Virus record (IMG/VR): IMGVR_UViG_3300014208_001454
Location: 1 to 38,130 of that record
Direction: 5' to 3' (one strand)
DNA: 38,130 nucleotides
Source: a virus
Lineage: Duplodnaviria; Caudoviricetes
In this document: positions 1-10,851 of the stretch, piece after piece
Layout of the letters: every line of letters begins with the position of its first letter
How positions within the stretch are numbered: the first letter of the stretch is position 1
Translations under genes and position numbers: made by a program
The notes under the pieces: generated by a model
The model's database searches: none
Told to the model about the DNA's origin: nothing
What the model saw: only the letters and a program-made list of their open reading frames with translations

Positions 1-1185
1 ATGGTATTACCTCACACAAAAGCGCGCCTAGTAATACCAAAGCCAGGATCAAAGGATCCCCGGTGGGTGATCAAATTCTATGTTTGGAATGCTGATACTG
101 GCCGGAAGCAATTATGCCGAAATCTGGAATGTAATGCCATCACCAACTTGGCCGATAGAAAAAAGTGGTGCCGTATTAAGATTGCTGAAATTAATCAGGA
201 ACTTTTGAAGGGGTGGCATATTGATTCAAAGAAACTGCAGGCACTAGAACAGGAACGAATCCGATCTCAGCAACGTAATTTCATGAAATTGAGTGATGCT
301 ATTGATCTGGTGTTGGTCCAAAAAAGAGGAGAGAAAATTAAAAGCATTCGAAATTATGAAATCGCTCTTCGGGTATTCAAGGAATGGGCTAGTTTGATAG
401 GCATTCAAAATCTTTCAATTGATTCAATTAAGCGAGATCACATCACAGCTTTCATGGAATATATAAGTGCAGAGCGTGATGTGGCTGGTAGGGCATATAA
501 TAACTACCTAAGGCATATTCGCCATTTGTTCAAGGTTTTGATCGATCGCGAAATTATTCTTCGTAATCCGGCAGATAAAATAAACTATCGAAATCAAACT
601 GTTGGTCGTAATCTGGCCTATACCGTTGACCAACAAACTGAACTTATTAAGTTCATGACTGATAAGTATCCCAATATTCTAGCTTTCTGTCAGGTTATGT
701 ATTACACGTTAATGAGAACCGGTGAAATCACAAATATGCAGGCATGGTGGATTGGAGCATACGATAAAAACAAAATCTATCTGCCAAAGGAATTTAGTAA
801 GAATGGCGATGAAAGACATATTACCATTCCACCTCAGCTTGAAAAGATTATTGCAAAAATGGGATGGAGAAATCTCCCCCCCGATACCTACTTATTTTCA
901 TCAGGCTTTCGACATGGTACAAAAAAGATGCAATCCCGCATGCATGCCAACAAATACCGTCGTTGGGTATTAGATAAATTAGCCTTTTCCAAAGATTACA
1001 CAATGTATTCCTGGAAGCATACAGGAGTAGTGTTTCTATATCGGAATGACATTCCAAGGGCATCGATCAGGATGCAGGCGGGTTTTCGTGATGACAAGTC
1101 CTTCGAGGCATATCTGAAGAGTCTAGGATTATTCGAAAACTCTCTTCTGATAACGAGTTATCCTTCGATGCCTGAATATCCCTGA
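1..1185 (+). CDS. int: Tyrosine recombinase / phage integrase
   Basis: N-terminal arm-binding-like region, SAM-like core (YNNYLRHIRHLF..NPA), catalytic R (LMRTGE), K (SKN), YSWKHT box and C-terminal Tyr (EAYL). Confidence 0.9.
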   Translation: MVLPHTKARLVIPKPGSKDPRWVIKFYVWNADTGRKQLCRNLECNAITNLADRKKWCRIKIAEINQELLKGWHIDSKKLQALEQERIRSQQRNFMKLSDAIDLVLVQKRGEKIKSIRNYEIALRVFKEWASLIGIQNLSIDSIKRDHITAFMEYISAERDVAGRAYNNYLRHIRHLFKVLIDREIILRNPADKINYRNQTVGRNLAYTVDQQTELIKFMTDKYPNILAFCQVMYYTLMRTGEITNMQAWWIGAYDKNKIYLPKEFSKNGDERHITIPPQLEKIIAKMGWRNLPPDTYLFSSGFRHGTKKMQSRMHANKYRRWVLDKLAFSKDYTMYSWKHTGVVFLYRNDIPRASIRMQAGFRDDKSFEAYLKSLGLFENSLLITSYPSMPEYP

Positions 1186-1372
1186 ACACATATTCCATAT
1201 GTTCAAGTAATAACTGCTGTTTCTTTAACTCGGTAACGGATCCGTCTTCCGGGTAATGCTCCAGGTGGTGTTGCTTGATAAAGGAAAGGCTAGCAATTGT
1301 TTCATCCGGGCTGAACATCTCAAGAATTTGTGCAATAGCCTTCTCTGAGGCTAGAATGTGATTCGCTGGCAT
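1067..1372 (-). CDS. Hypothetical protein (~101 aa), 3' end overlaps integrase antisense
   Basis: ORF track 1067..1429; ATG at 1372 (MPANH) with AT-rich leader is the more plausible start. Confidence 0.45.
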   Translation of the reverse strand: MPANHILASEKAIAQILEMFSPDETIASLSFIKQHHLEHYPEDGSVTELKKQQLLLEHMEYVFRDIQASKDNSLSEESFRIILDSSDMPRRTCHHENPPAS

Positions 1373-1500
1373 AATACATAATATTTGACCGATTAAGTTA
1401 ATAATCCTAATACCGTTCGAATATCCCACAAAATGGGGGGATAAAAAAAGAGCAGAGATATGTCTAGCAATTTAGGATGTCTACTAAGCTACTTGCCAGT

Positions 1501-1959
1501 TTACATTTTCTCTCCTGACCTGCGAATTTGTTTTATGTATTTATAATTAAAATAGATTGATGTGAGGGTTAATCCGAAAGTAGTTATAGTGCCAAAAGTA
1601 AGAACTACAGGTTCTACACCTGATGTCGCTGCCCAAAAAGTTAATGAAGAGCATATAATTGCACCGATTTCTAAATCTAATGCTGTTGTACCATAAATTC
1701 CTGCGTAGATTAAATGTTGAGCAGAACTAGTATCTATTAAAAGTTGAGCAGATTCGGTATCATGTGGCTTAGAATTATGTTTATACCATTCTACAACACT
1801 CATACTTACTTTTTTATTAGTAGAATCTTTCACGAACTCAATCAATTCAGGTTTTACCCTAGTTATTTTACAGCTGATTGGTTCGAGTCCAACAATTTTA
1901 ATAAGATCTTGGGCCTTACTCAAAAATGGTAAAAGTAATAAAAGAATGATGAATCTCAT
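1501..1959 (-). CDS. Signal-peptide and transmembrane protein, moron-like
   Basis: MRFIILLLLLPFLSKAQD signal peptide; two C-terminal hydrophobic segments; AT-rich. Confidence 0.7.
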   Translation of the reverse strand: MRFIILLLLLPFLSKAQDLIKIVGLEPISCKITRVKPELIEFVKDSTNKKVSMSVVEWYKHNSKPHDTESAQLLIDTSSAQHLIYAGIYGTTALDLEIGAIICSSLTFWAATSGVEPVVLTFGTITTFGLTLTSIYFNYKYIKQIRRSGEKM

Positions 1960-1965
1960 GAGTAG

Positions 1966-2322
1966 TTATTTTGTAATTGAACAATGTATTCCACCGGAGC
2001 CATAAACTGAATCCCGATATATTATTCCACCATGTTCAAACCAACACAATGAATATCCAGTTGAAGCATCTCGTTGACCTGAAATTACGAATTGAGTATT
2101 TGGTTTGTATTGAAAATAGAAAATTCTGACCTGACCTGTATCTGAATTTTCCCAAACCTTCTTAACAGATTTTAGCTGATTATAGAACGTGATTTCATTC
2201 CGGGTACTCTTACCGAAAGAGAAATTAACAGCAATCGTTGCTTCTTCCTTTTCTTTCTCACATGAAAGCATAAGAAAGACTGTGCTAATTGCTAAAACCA
2301 ACTTTTTCAAATCACAAGTCAT
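1966..2322 (-). CDS. Putative lipoprotein, moron-like
   Basis: KKLVLAISTVFLMLS-C lipobox followed by charged EKEKEE. Confidence 0.7.
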   Translation of the reverse strand: MTCDLKKLVLAISTVFLMLSCEKEKEEATIAVNFSFGKSTRNEITFYNQLKSVKKVWENSDTGQVRIFYFQYKPNTQFVISGQRDASTGYSLCWFEHGGIIYRDSVYGSGGIHCSITK

Positions 2323-2333
2323 TCAAGTGCAAT

Positions 2334-5255
2334 TTAAAAGAATTTCATCGACTTTTGAGATTTGTTGGCCTTACTTATGTTTTCCAATCCGGATGATAGG
2401 GACAAGTCTTCAGTTGCTGATCGGCCGAGTCCATTCTCTCCACGTTCGATGATCCTTTTGTTAACTTTTTCCATATCCAGAAGCTCCCTTTCTCCCATGA
2501 TTAAATAGGCCGGAATTCCGGCTTTAATCATTTGAGTAAATGTTGCCACAGCATCTTTAAATGCAAGCATTTCAGGAATGCTTATTTGAATAGGGCCGGT
2601 CGAATTGTTGTTCCCCGCTATTTCCATTACTGTTTTTCCTGTATTCCGACTAGCTTCAATCATCTGAATTGTATTCATCACATAAGGGTCACGAGCGCTT
2701 TGGGCATTGATCATATATTCGTTTGCGTGGGCAATTATGGGATAAGCGTTTTTGTCGTTAGCAGAATTTGGTAACCATCCACCAGAGTAAAACTGTGGGA
2801 GTGGGGTTGCTTCAATTATTGCAAGCTCTGCTGTAGCTGCTATCGCGCCAGGTATTTTAAGAGGATTAATATATGCTTCTACCCATGCCAAAGCGGCCTT
2901 TATTGTCGCTTCGAACAAGGCGAATTTCTTTATGGACATGGCTTGCTGAACCTGCATTTGTCGATTTTTTTCGGCAGCTTCTGCATCCAATGAAATCATC
3001 TGGTTGTTGTATTCAATTGCACTAATCATGCCTGTATCCAGTTGATCTTTAAGTGCAGCTTTCTTACTATTCAGATTTTTATTATAAGAATTCAGGTCGT
3101 TCTGATAAATTGATTGAAAGTATGAATTCAATTTTGAAGTCACAGAAGATACATTATTGGCATATTCTTTAATTCTGGAAACTTGAGTATCAATTCGTCT
3201 GTTTTCCAATTGTTGAAGATCAGCATTGAGTTTTGCTTCAAGTGCCAGCCATTGATTTGAACCTTCTTTAAGTATGGCCTGTTTGTCGAGTGTAACTTGT
3301 ATTAATCTATTTTTCTCAGCCTCATAAATTTCAGTTTCAGTTTCAGCCTTCAGCACAGCCATATCCAAAGCAGCTGTAACTTCATTTTCATAATATTTTT
3401 TCAATTCTTCCCATTTCTCTTTCCCTGCTTCAAGAATTAATTTTTGTTCATTATCCAGATTTTTCTGAGCGATGGCAATTCTATCATCCCAATATTTATC
3501 AATTAGCTTGAATTCTTCATCAAGCTCTCGTTTCAATTCAGCTGCCTTCTTTTTTGCAGCTTTTATTGCTGCCTTTTCTTGTTTTTCCAGTTCATCTTGA
3601 GAAATTCTATCCTTTGTAGATTCTGCCAGTTCACGCTGCTTCAGCTCATTGTCTATTGCTGATTGTTGTGCTTTGATCAATTTGGCATACTTTAATTCAG
3701 TAAGAAAGCCTGTTAAATCCCCGCGCTCCTTCAATAAATTAAGTTCTCTCACCGAAGCCTCCATCTGTAATTTCAGAGAAGCCTGCTGATAAGCAAGATC
3801 AGCTTCGTTCATTCCCTTCAACTTAGATTTAAAGGCCGCTAACTGTTCCGCATACGCACTTTTCTCAATCTCTTGTTGACGCATAAGTCCATCAGCAACA
3901 TCTTCCAGCTGACCTTCAACAAAAGCTTGATAGTTCCCTGTAATCCCCGGAATAATTTTTATAAGCCGGTCTAATCCATCAATCATTGCTGAAATTAATC
4001 CCATACCTACTGAGAAAAACTGCACCATTGCAGGATTGGCAGTGAGTTTATTCCATGATTTTTCAATCTGCTCTACAGTTCCGGCTAAATTCTCATTCTT
4101 TAAAGCGTAGGCATCTGTAATTGCTGATGTTTTGGACAAGGCTCCACCAGCTAACTCCACCTTTTCACCCAAAAGAGTAGTGTTACTACCTAATTTCGCA
4201 AACACCTCACTGGCTCCAGCTCCCTGTACCTCAAGATCCTTTATTATGCTTGCTAATTGTGTTGCGTTTGGCCCAAGTTTTTTGCTGCCTTCCATCACCT
4301 TTACAAAGGCACCGTAAATATCATCATTCAATAATTTTTTGAATGATTTCAGATCCATCCCTGCGATTTCAGCAAATGCCTGAGTTTCTGTGAGCATTTT
4401 TTGTAAAATGCGAACTACTGCAGTACCGCCTCTTTCTTGTGATACCCCAAGTTCTTGAAGGGTGGCCGATAATCCCAATACTTGTCCTGAGGTCAATCCA
4501 ACTTGTAATCCCACACCGCCAATTCTTTGAGCAAAGTCAGATACAACAGGTCCGGTAGCTACACCCGAGTTGGCCAGTTCTACAATAGCATTGGATATAA
4601 ATTTGATGTCTTGGCCAATATTGTCAGATTTTACATCCACCAATATGTTCCTAAGTTTACTCATTTGAGTTGCAGCTTGCTCAGTCGATCCGAATTCATC
4701 CCGTAAGGATACAGAAACCATATCAGTTGCTTTTACAAATTCCAGCATTTGATCTTTAGCAACTCCAAACTGACCACCAACTTTAGCTATCTCTCTAAGA
4801 TCACCCATGCTAGTTCTGGTATCAATGGTCGATAACTCATGGTTTAATTCTCTGGCCTCAGCTGCTGATAAACCAGCTAGTCGCTGAATGTCGGTCAGTT
4901 GATCAGATAGGTTTTGGGCGGCTCTGAACGAATCGGTAAAGTAACCAGCAACCTTTTGCAATCCAAGCGTTGCGAGGTTTGCGCCCAAATTACCAATGAA
5001 AGTTGTTTTAATTGAATCTTTCATTTTGTCCCAACTACTCTTGGCCATTCCGGCCTTTACCCTGGTTTCATCAATAGCTTTATTAACGTTTTGAATCTTA
5101 CCAGTTAGCTCTTGGAAACGTGCATCGTTTGAAGCCAGTCCACGTATTTCACTTTTCGCCTTTCGTGCAGCCGCTTCCAGATCCCTTAAAGATTTGTTTG
5201 CTGTCTGACCATTGACGATCAGATCTATTTGTGCTCTTTCTGTTTTTGATGCCAT
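2334..5255 (-). CDS. Tail tape measure protein
   Basis: 973 aa, Ala/Leu/Lys-rich helical protein with TP901-like core (LSATLQELGVSQERGGTAVVRIL) and long coiled coils. Confidence 0.9.
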   Translation of the reverse strand: MASKTERAQIDLIVNGQTANKSLRDLEAAARKAKSEIRGLASNDARFQELTGKIQNVNKAIDETRVKAGMAKSSWDKMKDSIKTTFIGNLGANLATLGLQKVAGYFTDSFRAAQNLSDQLTDIQRLAGLSAAEARELNHELSTIDTRTSMGDLREIAKVGGQFGVAKDQMLEFVKATDMVSVSLRDEFGSTEQAATQMSKLRNILVDVKSDNIGQDIKFISNAIVELANSGVATGPVVSDFAQRIGGVGLQVGLTSGQVLGLSATLQELGVSQERGGTAVVRILQKMLTETQAFAEIAGMDLKSFKKLLNDDIYGAFVKVMEGSKKLGPNATQLASIIKDLEVQGAGASEVFAKLGSNTTLLGEKVELAGGALSKTSAITDAYALKNENLAGTVEQIEKSWNKLTANPAMVQFFSVGMGLISAMIDGLDRLIKIIPGITGNYQAFVEGQLEDVADGLMRQQEIEKSAYAEQLAAFKSKLKGMNEADLAYQQASLKLQMEASVRELNLLKERGDLTGFLTELKYAKLIKAQQSAIDNELKQRELAESTKDRISQDELEKQEKAAIKAAKKKAAELKRELDEEFKLIDKYWDDRIAIAQKNLDNEQKLILEAGKEKWEELKKYYENEVTAALDMAVLKAETETEIYEAEKNRLIQVTLDKQAILKEGSNQWLALEAKLNADLQQLENRRIDTQVSRIKEYANNVSSVTSKLNSYFQSIYQNDLNSYNKNLNSKKAALKDQLDTGMISAIEYNNQMISLDAEAAEKNRQMQVQQAMSIKKFALFEATIKAALAWVEAYINPLKIPGAIAATAELAIIEATPLPQFYSGGWLPNSANDKNAYPIIAHANEYMINAQSARDPYVMNTIQMIEASRNTGKTVMEIAGNNNSTGPIQISIPEMLAFKDAVATFTQMIKAGIPAYLIMGERELLDMEKVNKRIIERGENGLGRSATEDLSLSSGLENISKANKSQKSMKFF

Positions 5256-5257
5256 AG

Positions 5258-5716
5258 TTATAAATTCATTACAATCCGTTCACTTAAGGTGTACTCAAAG
5301 CGAGCAGGTATTTCAATTGCGTATTTCTCAGTTAGTATTTCAGCAAGGCGTTGGTATTCGTAATACATGGTGGGTGAATACCATTTCTTCGGTCTTCGGG
5401 GTTTAATTCCTTTTCGTTCATCGGAGGCCAACGATCGCCATTTCTCAGCATTGCCTTTTACATCCGAAATTTTCACACCTCGGCCAACACCCATATCCAC
5501 AAATTTCCCATGAAAATAAAAGCCAATTGTTACCTTAGTTGGCATTCCGTCAGATCCATAAGTTAACTTATAAGTAAAGCTTTTGTGCAGTGATCCTGAT
5601 GAGCCAACCTTTTTTTGCTGAAGCGATTTTTTAAGGGCAAAAATTGTCCAATTGCTCCATCGCATTATGGTTAAAGCCAAATCCTTCGGTAACTGATTTA
5701 ATTCATTATCAGGCAT
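5258..5716 (-). CDS. Putative tail completion / neck protein
   Basis: Basic protein with GKFVDMGVG and RRPKKWYS motifs, in tail module; ATG at 5716 (MPDNE) overlaps the upstream stop. Confidence 0.5.
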   Translation of the reverse strand: MPDNELNQLPKDLALTIMRWSNWTIFALKKSLQQKKVGSSGSLHKSFTYKLTYGSDGMPTKVTIGFYFHGKFVDMGVGRGVKISDVKGNAEKWRSLASDERKGIKPRRPKKWYSPTMYYEYQRLAEILTEKYAIEIPARFEYTLSERIVMNL

Positions 5717-7823
5717 TACTTGATTTTCTTTGGTAAAGAGTAGCTCGGCTCCCTTTAATGTTTTCATCAACAAATTCTACCTCCAGTTGAGATATCAAGA
5801 ATTCTTGATTTTTTAGCATTATCTTATTGATAATGTCAAACTCCATAATGTCAATTACAGTCAAAACAAGGTCTGCATCAATAGGGCTAGAGTTTTCAAT
5901 AAATTCTGCCCAATCTTTCCAGAATACATTGATCAATCCATCTTCGGCATTCCATGCCAATGAGTAATTACCAATTTTATCGCCTTGGTAGTTGTAGTTA
6001 TGATACGAAGCAAACGGATAAGTCCCTAAAGTTGGAGAGCCATCCCCCTCATCAGTTGTATGAAAAATGCATGGTTGAAGGCCCCTGTAAAATAAATACC
6101 TGGAAGGGAATGGGTTCATTTGAGCATCAACACGGTATCGTTCAAATCCTTTTGTATAAGGTAATTTCCATAGTATTGGCAACCCTGTCGTCCATGTATT
6201 TTCACTGGTTTCTGAAAAAAGTGTTGAAGCTGTTGTTTGTATGTTCTCTGCCGCTTCGCTTGTGAAAAACCCTTCCAAAGCCTCTGATAAAAACACCCAA
6301 TCACCAACTGTAAATAGCACTTGAAAAACATAATACCAGTTGTCTGGAATTACTAATCGTAAGTCAAGATTTGCAGAGGCGGCATCAGCCGGTAATACAC
6401 TCACATCATCTCTCTTATTTAACCTGTAAAGATTATCCTTGATCAGCCTTTCTTCTACCAACTTCTCGTCTGATGCCCAGGTATAATTTAGGTTCGGTCT
6501 AACTTTGGGCTGATAATTAAAACTAAAATCACGGATAAGTTTATCTGTCCAATCGATATCACAATGGGCGTTCAAAATATCAACTCGACGAACCAAGTGT
6601 ACCTCATCTCTATCTGATCGATAGTCAAAAACTGAACAAAATAATGTACTTAGTTCCAATAAAAAGTCAGCTACTGTAATCTCCGGGAGTAAGTCCACCA
6701 TCTTAAAGCTTCGATGATAGGTCAGCAGTTGGGAATGTGTACTATGCAGTATAATTGGATTGTAGAATGTGAGCGTTTTCAGTTCATCATCCCAGAAGTT
6801 GTCTTGAATTTTAATATTAGCCTCATCGTGAATCATTTTAAATACGTTGTACACCTTTGCAAAGCCAGCCATTGTATTCTTATACATTGGATCAGCATCT
6901 AATTCCATTTCCCTGAATCCAACGCCCATTGTACCTTGAATGGCCGGAGTCCAGTGATTGAGTATATTGTCATAAACTCCCGATATCTCAGGTGTCAATA
7001 CCGGATAGAATACATAGTCATAATTCTCAGGATTATTGACTGTGTCTGTAGCGTGATTTGTCTCTGCAAGCCATGGGTTCGGATGATTTGCTGATGTTAG
7101 AGTTGGATCATCCAAATAATCATAGTACGACAGATCCTCAGGACTGAATGAAATATCAGGATAATTATCATTGCTCCATAAGTCGTAGAAATTGATAGTC
7201 GTTCCGCTTGTTTTGGTTGCATAAATGCCAGTGTCAGGAAACCTTGCATTAATGTATGCTACAATATTGTCTAAGAATTCAGCGAGTGTCATACTCGGAT
7301 TGAATTCAAACCTGTATTGCTGTCCATTCACACGATCTTCCGAAGTGGTAAATAGCATCAGTAAGTACACCGATGGCCCAGGATCTGGCACTCCAGATGA
7401 ATACGAAAATGTATATTCTATAACAGGATAGGTTGATAATCGGTACCTATATTTAGATGGGTTGTTGAGCGCAAAACTTTTGAGTCGTTTAGCAGCAAAG
7501 TCTCTGAAATAACCGCGATCAATCAATACCCTTACATCATACCATTTCTCGCTGAATTTGTCAACGATGACAGTGCACTTGCGATAAAATTGTCCTCCGA
7601 GATAAGCTTTTCCTTCGAATGAGAATTCATTCCCTCTTCTTTCGAGTGCATTCGCAAAATTTAATGTTTTACTATTGTCTTCAGCTGAAACACGAATCGG
7701 ATATGTTCTTGATGGAAGACCTGGGGCATATGAGAATACAGGATTTTCGAGAATTAATTTGATTGATGTTTTTGGAGGTATGGTTAGGAACGTTCCATTT
7801 ATTTCAACAGCGAATAAATTCAT
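5709..7823 (-). CDS. Putative tail tip / hub protein
   Basis: 704 aa; N-terminal ENPVF..RTYPI pattern; position in tail module. Confidence 0.6.
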   Translation of the reverse strand: MNLFAVEINGTFLTIPPKTSIKLILENPVFSYAPGLPSRTYPIRVSAEDNSKTLNFANALERRGNEFSFEGKAYLGGQFYRKCTVIVDKFSEKWYDVRVLIDRGYFRDFAAKRLKSFALNNPSKYRYRLSTYPVIEYTFSYSSGVPDPGPSVYLLMLFTTSEDRVNGQQYRFEFNPSMTLAEFLDNIVAYINARFPDTGIYATKTSGTTINFYDLWSNDNYPDISFSPEDLSYYDYLDDPTLTSANHPNPWLAETNHATDTVNNPENYDYVFYPVLTPEISGVYDNILNHWTPAIQGTMGVGFREMELDADPMYKNTMAGFAKVYNVFKMIHDEANIKIQDNFWDDELKTLTFYNPIILHSTHSQLLTYHRSFKMVDLLPEITVADFLLELSTLFCSVFDYRSDRDEVHLVRRVDILNAHCDIDWTDKLIRDFSFNYQPKVRPNLNYTWASDEKLVEERLIKDNLYRLNKRDDVSVLPADAASANLDLRLVIPDNWYYVFQVLFTVGDWVFLSEALEGFFTSEAAENIQTTASTLFSETSENTWTTGLPILWKLPYTKGFERYRVDAQMNPFPSRYLFYRGLQPCIFHTTDEGDGSPTLGTYPFASYHNYNYQGDKIGNYSLAWNAEDGLINVFWKDWAEFIENSSPIDADLVLTVIDIMEFDIINKIMLKNQEFLISQLEVEFVDENIKGSRATLYQRKSSNA

Positions 7824-9433
7824 TATCCGTTCCCCCTTTCAATCCAAGCATCGCTCAGGCTTATTTTACAGGTAAACAGGGTATCATTATCCTCATCTAA
7901 TTCAATTTTACCTTTTGGTATATTTACCTGAGAATATGAATCTGCTAGCTGAACAAATCGTTTGGGTGAGTTAATAAAATCCATCAAGTATCGGAGGGAA
8001 TCGCGTGTACGTGGACCGCTATTGAGTTCATAAGTAGTTTGCCATTCGTTGTTTACCTCCTGAATTTCTCCATTCACAATGCCGGTATCAGGGTCGTTAT
8101 CTACAAAGGCCATCCTAACAGCAGAGTTTTCGGCTTGTGCTGACCGTTTCTGGTTTCCGGTGAAGTAAACTACTTCCGGGCATCCAAAGCTGTTTATAAA
8201 CAAGAAATAATGTGGGTCACGCACAATATTGCGATCCAGTTCAAACCGCATTGTTTCTGTAACGGCCGTGGCTACATCATCAATAACTTTAGCTACCCGG
8301 ATATCATAGGCCATGATTTCCTTTTCCAGGTCTGTAAGTTCAATAAGATTGAGCTGTCCAAATCCTGCCGGTATGGTAGTGATTCGTCCAGCAAAATCAG
8401 TAGAGGTGAGTTCATCTACGGTTAACCATTCACCTACAGTATCTCCTGCATAATAAAACCGCACCTGAATCCTAAGTTTTACGGAGGTCTCCAGTGCTGC
8501 ATCATACCAAAATGAAAGGTATTGGTGTTGAGTTCTATCAACCGTTATTTTACGTGGCATACTGGTTAAGAATTTAACCAGATCAGGGGTAACGTAATCA
8601 GAAACCAAAGTTTCAGCAATGGCTTTTGTGAATTTCTCAGCACCCTTAATTACAGAGATATACTGATTGACACTATCAATCTGTGCTGGACTTTGTTTAT
8701 ACCTGCCGGCACTTGGTACCGTTCCATAGAATTCTGAAAACATTACAAAAAAACGGGTGAACTGTGCTGCAAGTTGTTGGAAACTTGCACTTACAAATTC
8801 CGGGATATCATATTTCAAAAGTCCATCCAGAACTGGTTCAAGGTAAAATGTGCATTGATCAGTGTTATTGGGTATTCCTTCAGCATTAAATACTGGTTTT
8901 GGATCATCTTGTCCAAAGGTTTGCTCCTGGAATACATCACAAAGAATGCGGAAGTTCTCAGCATATTCCTGATCAATGCCTGAGATTGAACCTAAGAATC
9001 CTATATCATCATGCGCTTCAACTCCATTGATATTATAGGCAATACCATTTTCCCTGGCAATAAACTTTACTCCCGGATTGCCGCTATATGTACCAGGCAC
9101 CAAAGTGAAGTTAAGAGCAATGTATGGGTTCTCGGAAAGTGTTTTTATAACTTCATACTGGATCCAATCCGCCAAAACCACATAATCATCGTCGATCAAA
9201 ATCTTATTATACCCACTGGCAAGTGCCGGATTATCTGTAAAAGCAAAAACTTCTTCTCTACCCATGAATTCCAAGGTGAAGGTTATTCCATCAGGTGGTT
9301 GAGCCGTGAATACCAATGTTAATTCAGCCTTAACACCTGCGGTAGTGACGAAAGCGTCAGTTTCAACAGTATATTTTACCGGGTTTCTGCTGGCAACAAC
9401 TGCCGCTGGGCTTTTAATTATGGATAATGCCAT
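7823..9433 (-). CDS. Putative tail structural protein
   Basis: 536 aa acidic beta-rich protein; FLFINSFG motif; coupled to next gene. Confidence 0.55.
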   Translation of the reverse strand: MALSIIKSPAAVVASRNPVKYTVETDAFVTTAGVKAELTLVFTAQPPDGITFTLEFMGREEVFAFTDNPALASGYNKILIDDDYVVLADWIQYEVIKTLSENPYIALNFTLVPGTYSGNPGVKFIARENGIAYNINGVEAHDDIGFLGSISGIDQEYAENFRILCDVFQEQTFGQDDPKPVFNAEGIPNNTDQCTFYLEPVLDGLLKYDIPEFVSASFQQLAAQFTRFFVMFSEFYGTVPSAGRYKQSPAQIDSVNQYISVIKGAEKFTKAIAETLVSDYVTPDLVKFLTSMPRKITVDRTQHQYLSFWYDAALETSVKLRIQVRFYYAGDTVGEWLTVDELTSTDFAGRITTIPAGFGQLNLIELTDLEKEIMAYDIRVAKVIDDVATAVTETMRFELDRNIVRDPHYFLFINSFGCPEVVYFTGNQKRSAQAENSAVRMAFVDNDPDTGIVNGEIQEVNNEWQTTYELNSGPRTRDSLRYLMDFINSPKRFVQLADSYSQVNIPKGKIELDEDNDTLFTCKISLSDAWIERGNG

Positions 9434-9436
9434 ATT

Positions 9437-9471
9437 CGAATTTCAGTTTATCGGTAGGCTCAAAAAAGGAC
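9437..9471 (-). promoter_or_regulatory. Phage promoter motif copy 1 (GTCCTTT-N20-GAAATTCG)
   Basis: Same bipartite motif precedes five late gene clusters. Confidence 0.65.
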
Positions 9472-9479
9472 TTGTACGA

Positions 9480-9989
9480 CTATGGGGTTTCGTCATCAGT
9501 CCATTGTTCAGGATCATAGGATCGATTAACTGTATCGTTAATCGGGAATTCAACTCTGCATCCCACATGGTTATCTCCAAAACCTGATACCTTCATATAC
9601 TTTACAGTTGTCAAGTCAAAATCCGGGATATCTGTTCTCCCTTCATCAATATCATATTCAAGTCTGGATAGGATTTGCTGAGCAACAACCTTTGCAGCTG
9701 AAAATATTGTGCGTTCAGCCGGTTTATCTCCCTTGGAGCAAGGCTTACATATGGTAATGGCAAGGATATGCTGATCCATTGAGTTTGATGGGTTGTCCCC
9801 AAATATTGAACCGTCTCCGGACTCCAGTAACATGATCCATCCATCTGATCGCCGGCCTCCAATATCATTGATGAGTTCAAATACATCCCCCTCCAAAAAT
9901 GCAGGATTGGTTTCAGCATCATGAAGGATACTTTTGTTTAAGGAGGCCAACTCCTCAAAATATTCGATTATATCTGTTTCGTTAATCAT
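9480..9989 (-). CDS. Putative tail terminator-like protein
   Basis: 169 aa acidic protein; size and position in tail module. Confidence 0.45.
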   Translation of the reverse strand: MINETDIIEYFEELASLNKSILHDAETNPAFLEGDVFELINDIGGRRSDGWIMLLESGDGSIFGDNPSNSMDQHILAITICKPCSKGDKPAERTIFSAAKVVAQQILSRLEYDIDEGRTDIPDFDLTTVKYMKVSGFGDNHVGCRVEFPINDTVNRSYDPEQWTDDETP

Positions 9990-10851
9990 TGCGTGAGTCC
10001 TTTCCTGAATTGGCTTCTTGCTCCTTAAAATCCTTTGCAGCCAGATTTAATCCGTATAATTCTGCCAAAAGCGACTTTTTCGCAATCAAATCACGATCCA
10101 GTCTTTGTTTTTCAGCCGATCGGTATAACAACTCAACCATATCAATGGTGCCAATATCTGCATCCGATTTTCTGCCATTAAATACATGCGGAAATGCAGC
10201 TGCCATCCATCCTTTAACGGCTATATAATTTAATCGAATGGCCATTACCTGAACTGAATTAAGCCGAGCAAAATACTTGGCATTATGCTCAATCACATTC
10301 TCCTTAAATTCTCCTCTGGCACCATTGAGCAATGCCGGATGATACAAGCATGCACAGAATTTATTGAAAGCCTCCCGATTGTCATTTTGGGTATAATCCA
10401 TAAAATACATTTCGGCTTTGCACCATTCCCAGAACTGTACATTTCCCATTTTTACCGATGGAGAAACAAATGTCCGCGAGTATAATCCCCATTTACGGCG
10501 AAGCTTAATTCTTGATATAATGAATCGGTCGCATTTCATAGGTTCAGTAATCCAAGATGCCAGTTCACTTAAGTAGTACCGGTTATGGTCACAGCTCTGC
10601 AGCTTTTCGATGAGCATTTCTTTCTGTGAGCTGATATCTGTGTTTCGAATCCTGGTGAGAATATCTTCAATCAGTTTTTCATTAAACTTAAATAAAGAAG
10701 CAGCCCACTTTCTGGCCAACAGTACCTTGGCATCGATTAAAGTTAAATTGCCGGTATAGCATTCAGCCAATTCGATCAATTGCTTCTCGGTTAATTCACC
10801 CATTGTTTCCGGGAAGTAGCCTTTAATTTTACCAATATTGATTGTTTTCAT
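9982..10851 (-). CDS. Hypothetical protein, possible tail assembly chaperone
   Basis: 289 aa helical ORF coupled to both neighbours. Confidence 0.5.
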   Translation of the reverse strand: MKTINIGKIKGYFPETMGELTEKQLIELAECYTGNLTLIDAKVLLARKWAASLFKFNEKLIEDILTRIRNTDISSQKEMLIEKLQSCDHNRYYLSELASWITEPMKCDRFIISRIKLRRKWGLYSRTFVSPSVKMGNVQFWEWCKAEMYFMDYTQNDNREAFNKFCACLYHPALLNGARGEFKENVIEHNAKYFARLNSVQVMAIRLNYIAVKGWMAAAFPHVFNGRKSDADIGTIDMVELLYRSAEKQRLDRDLIAKKSLLAELYGLNLAAKDFKEQEANSGKDSRND

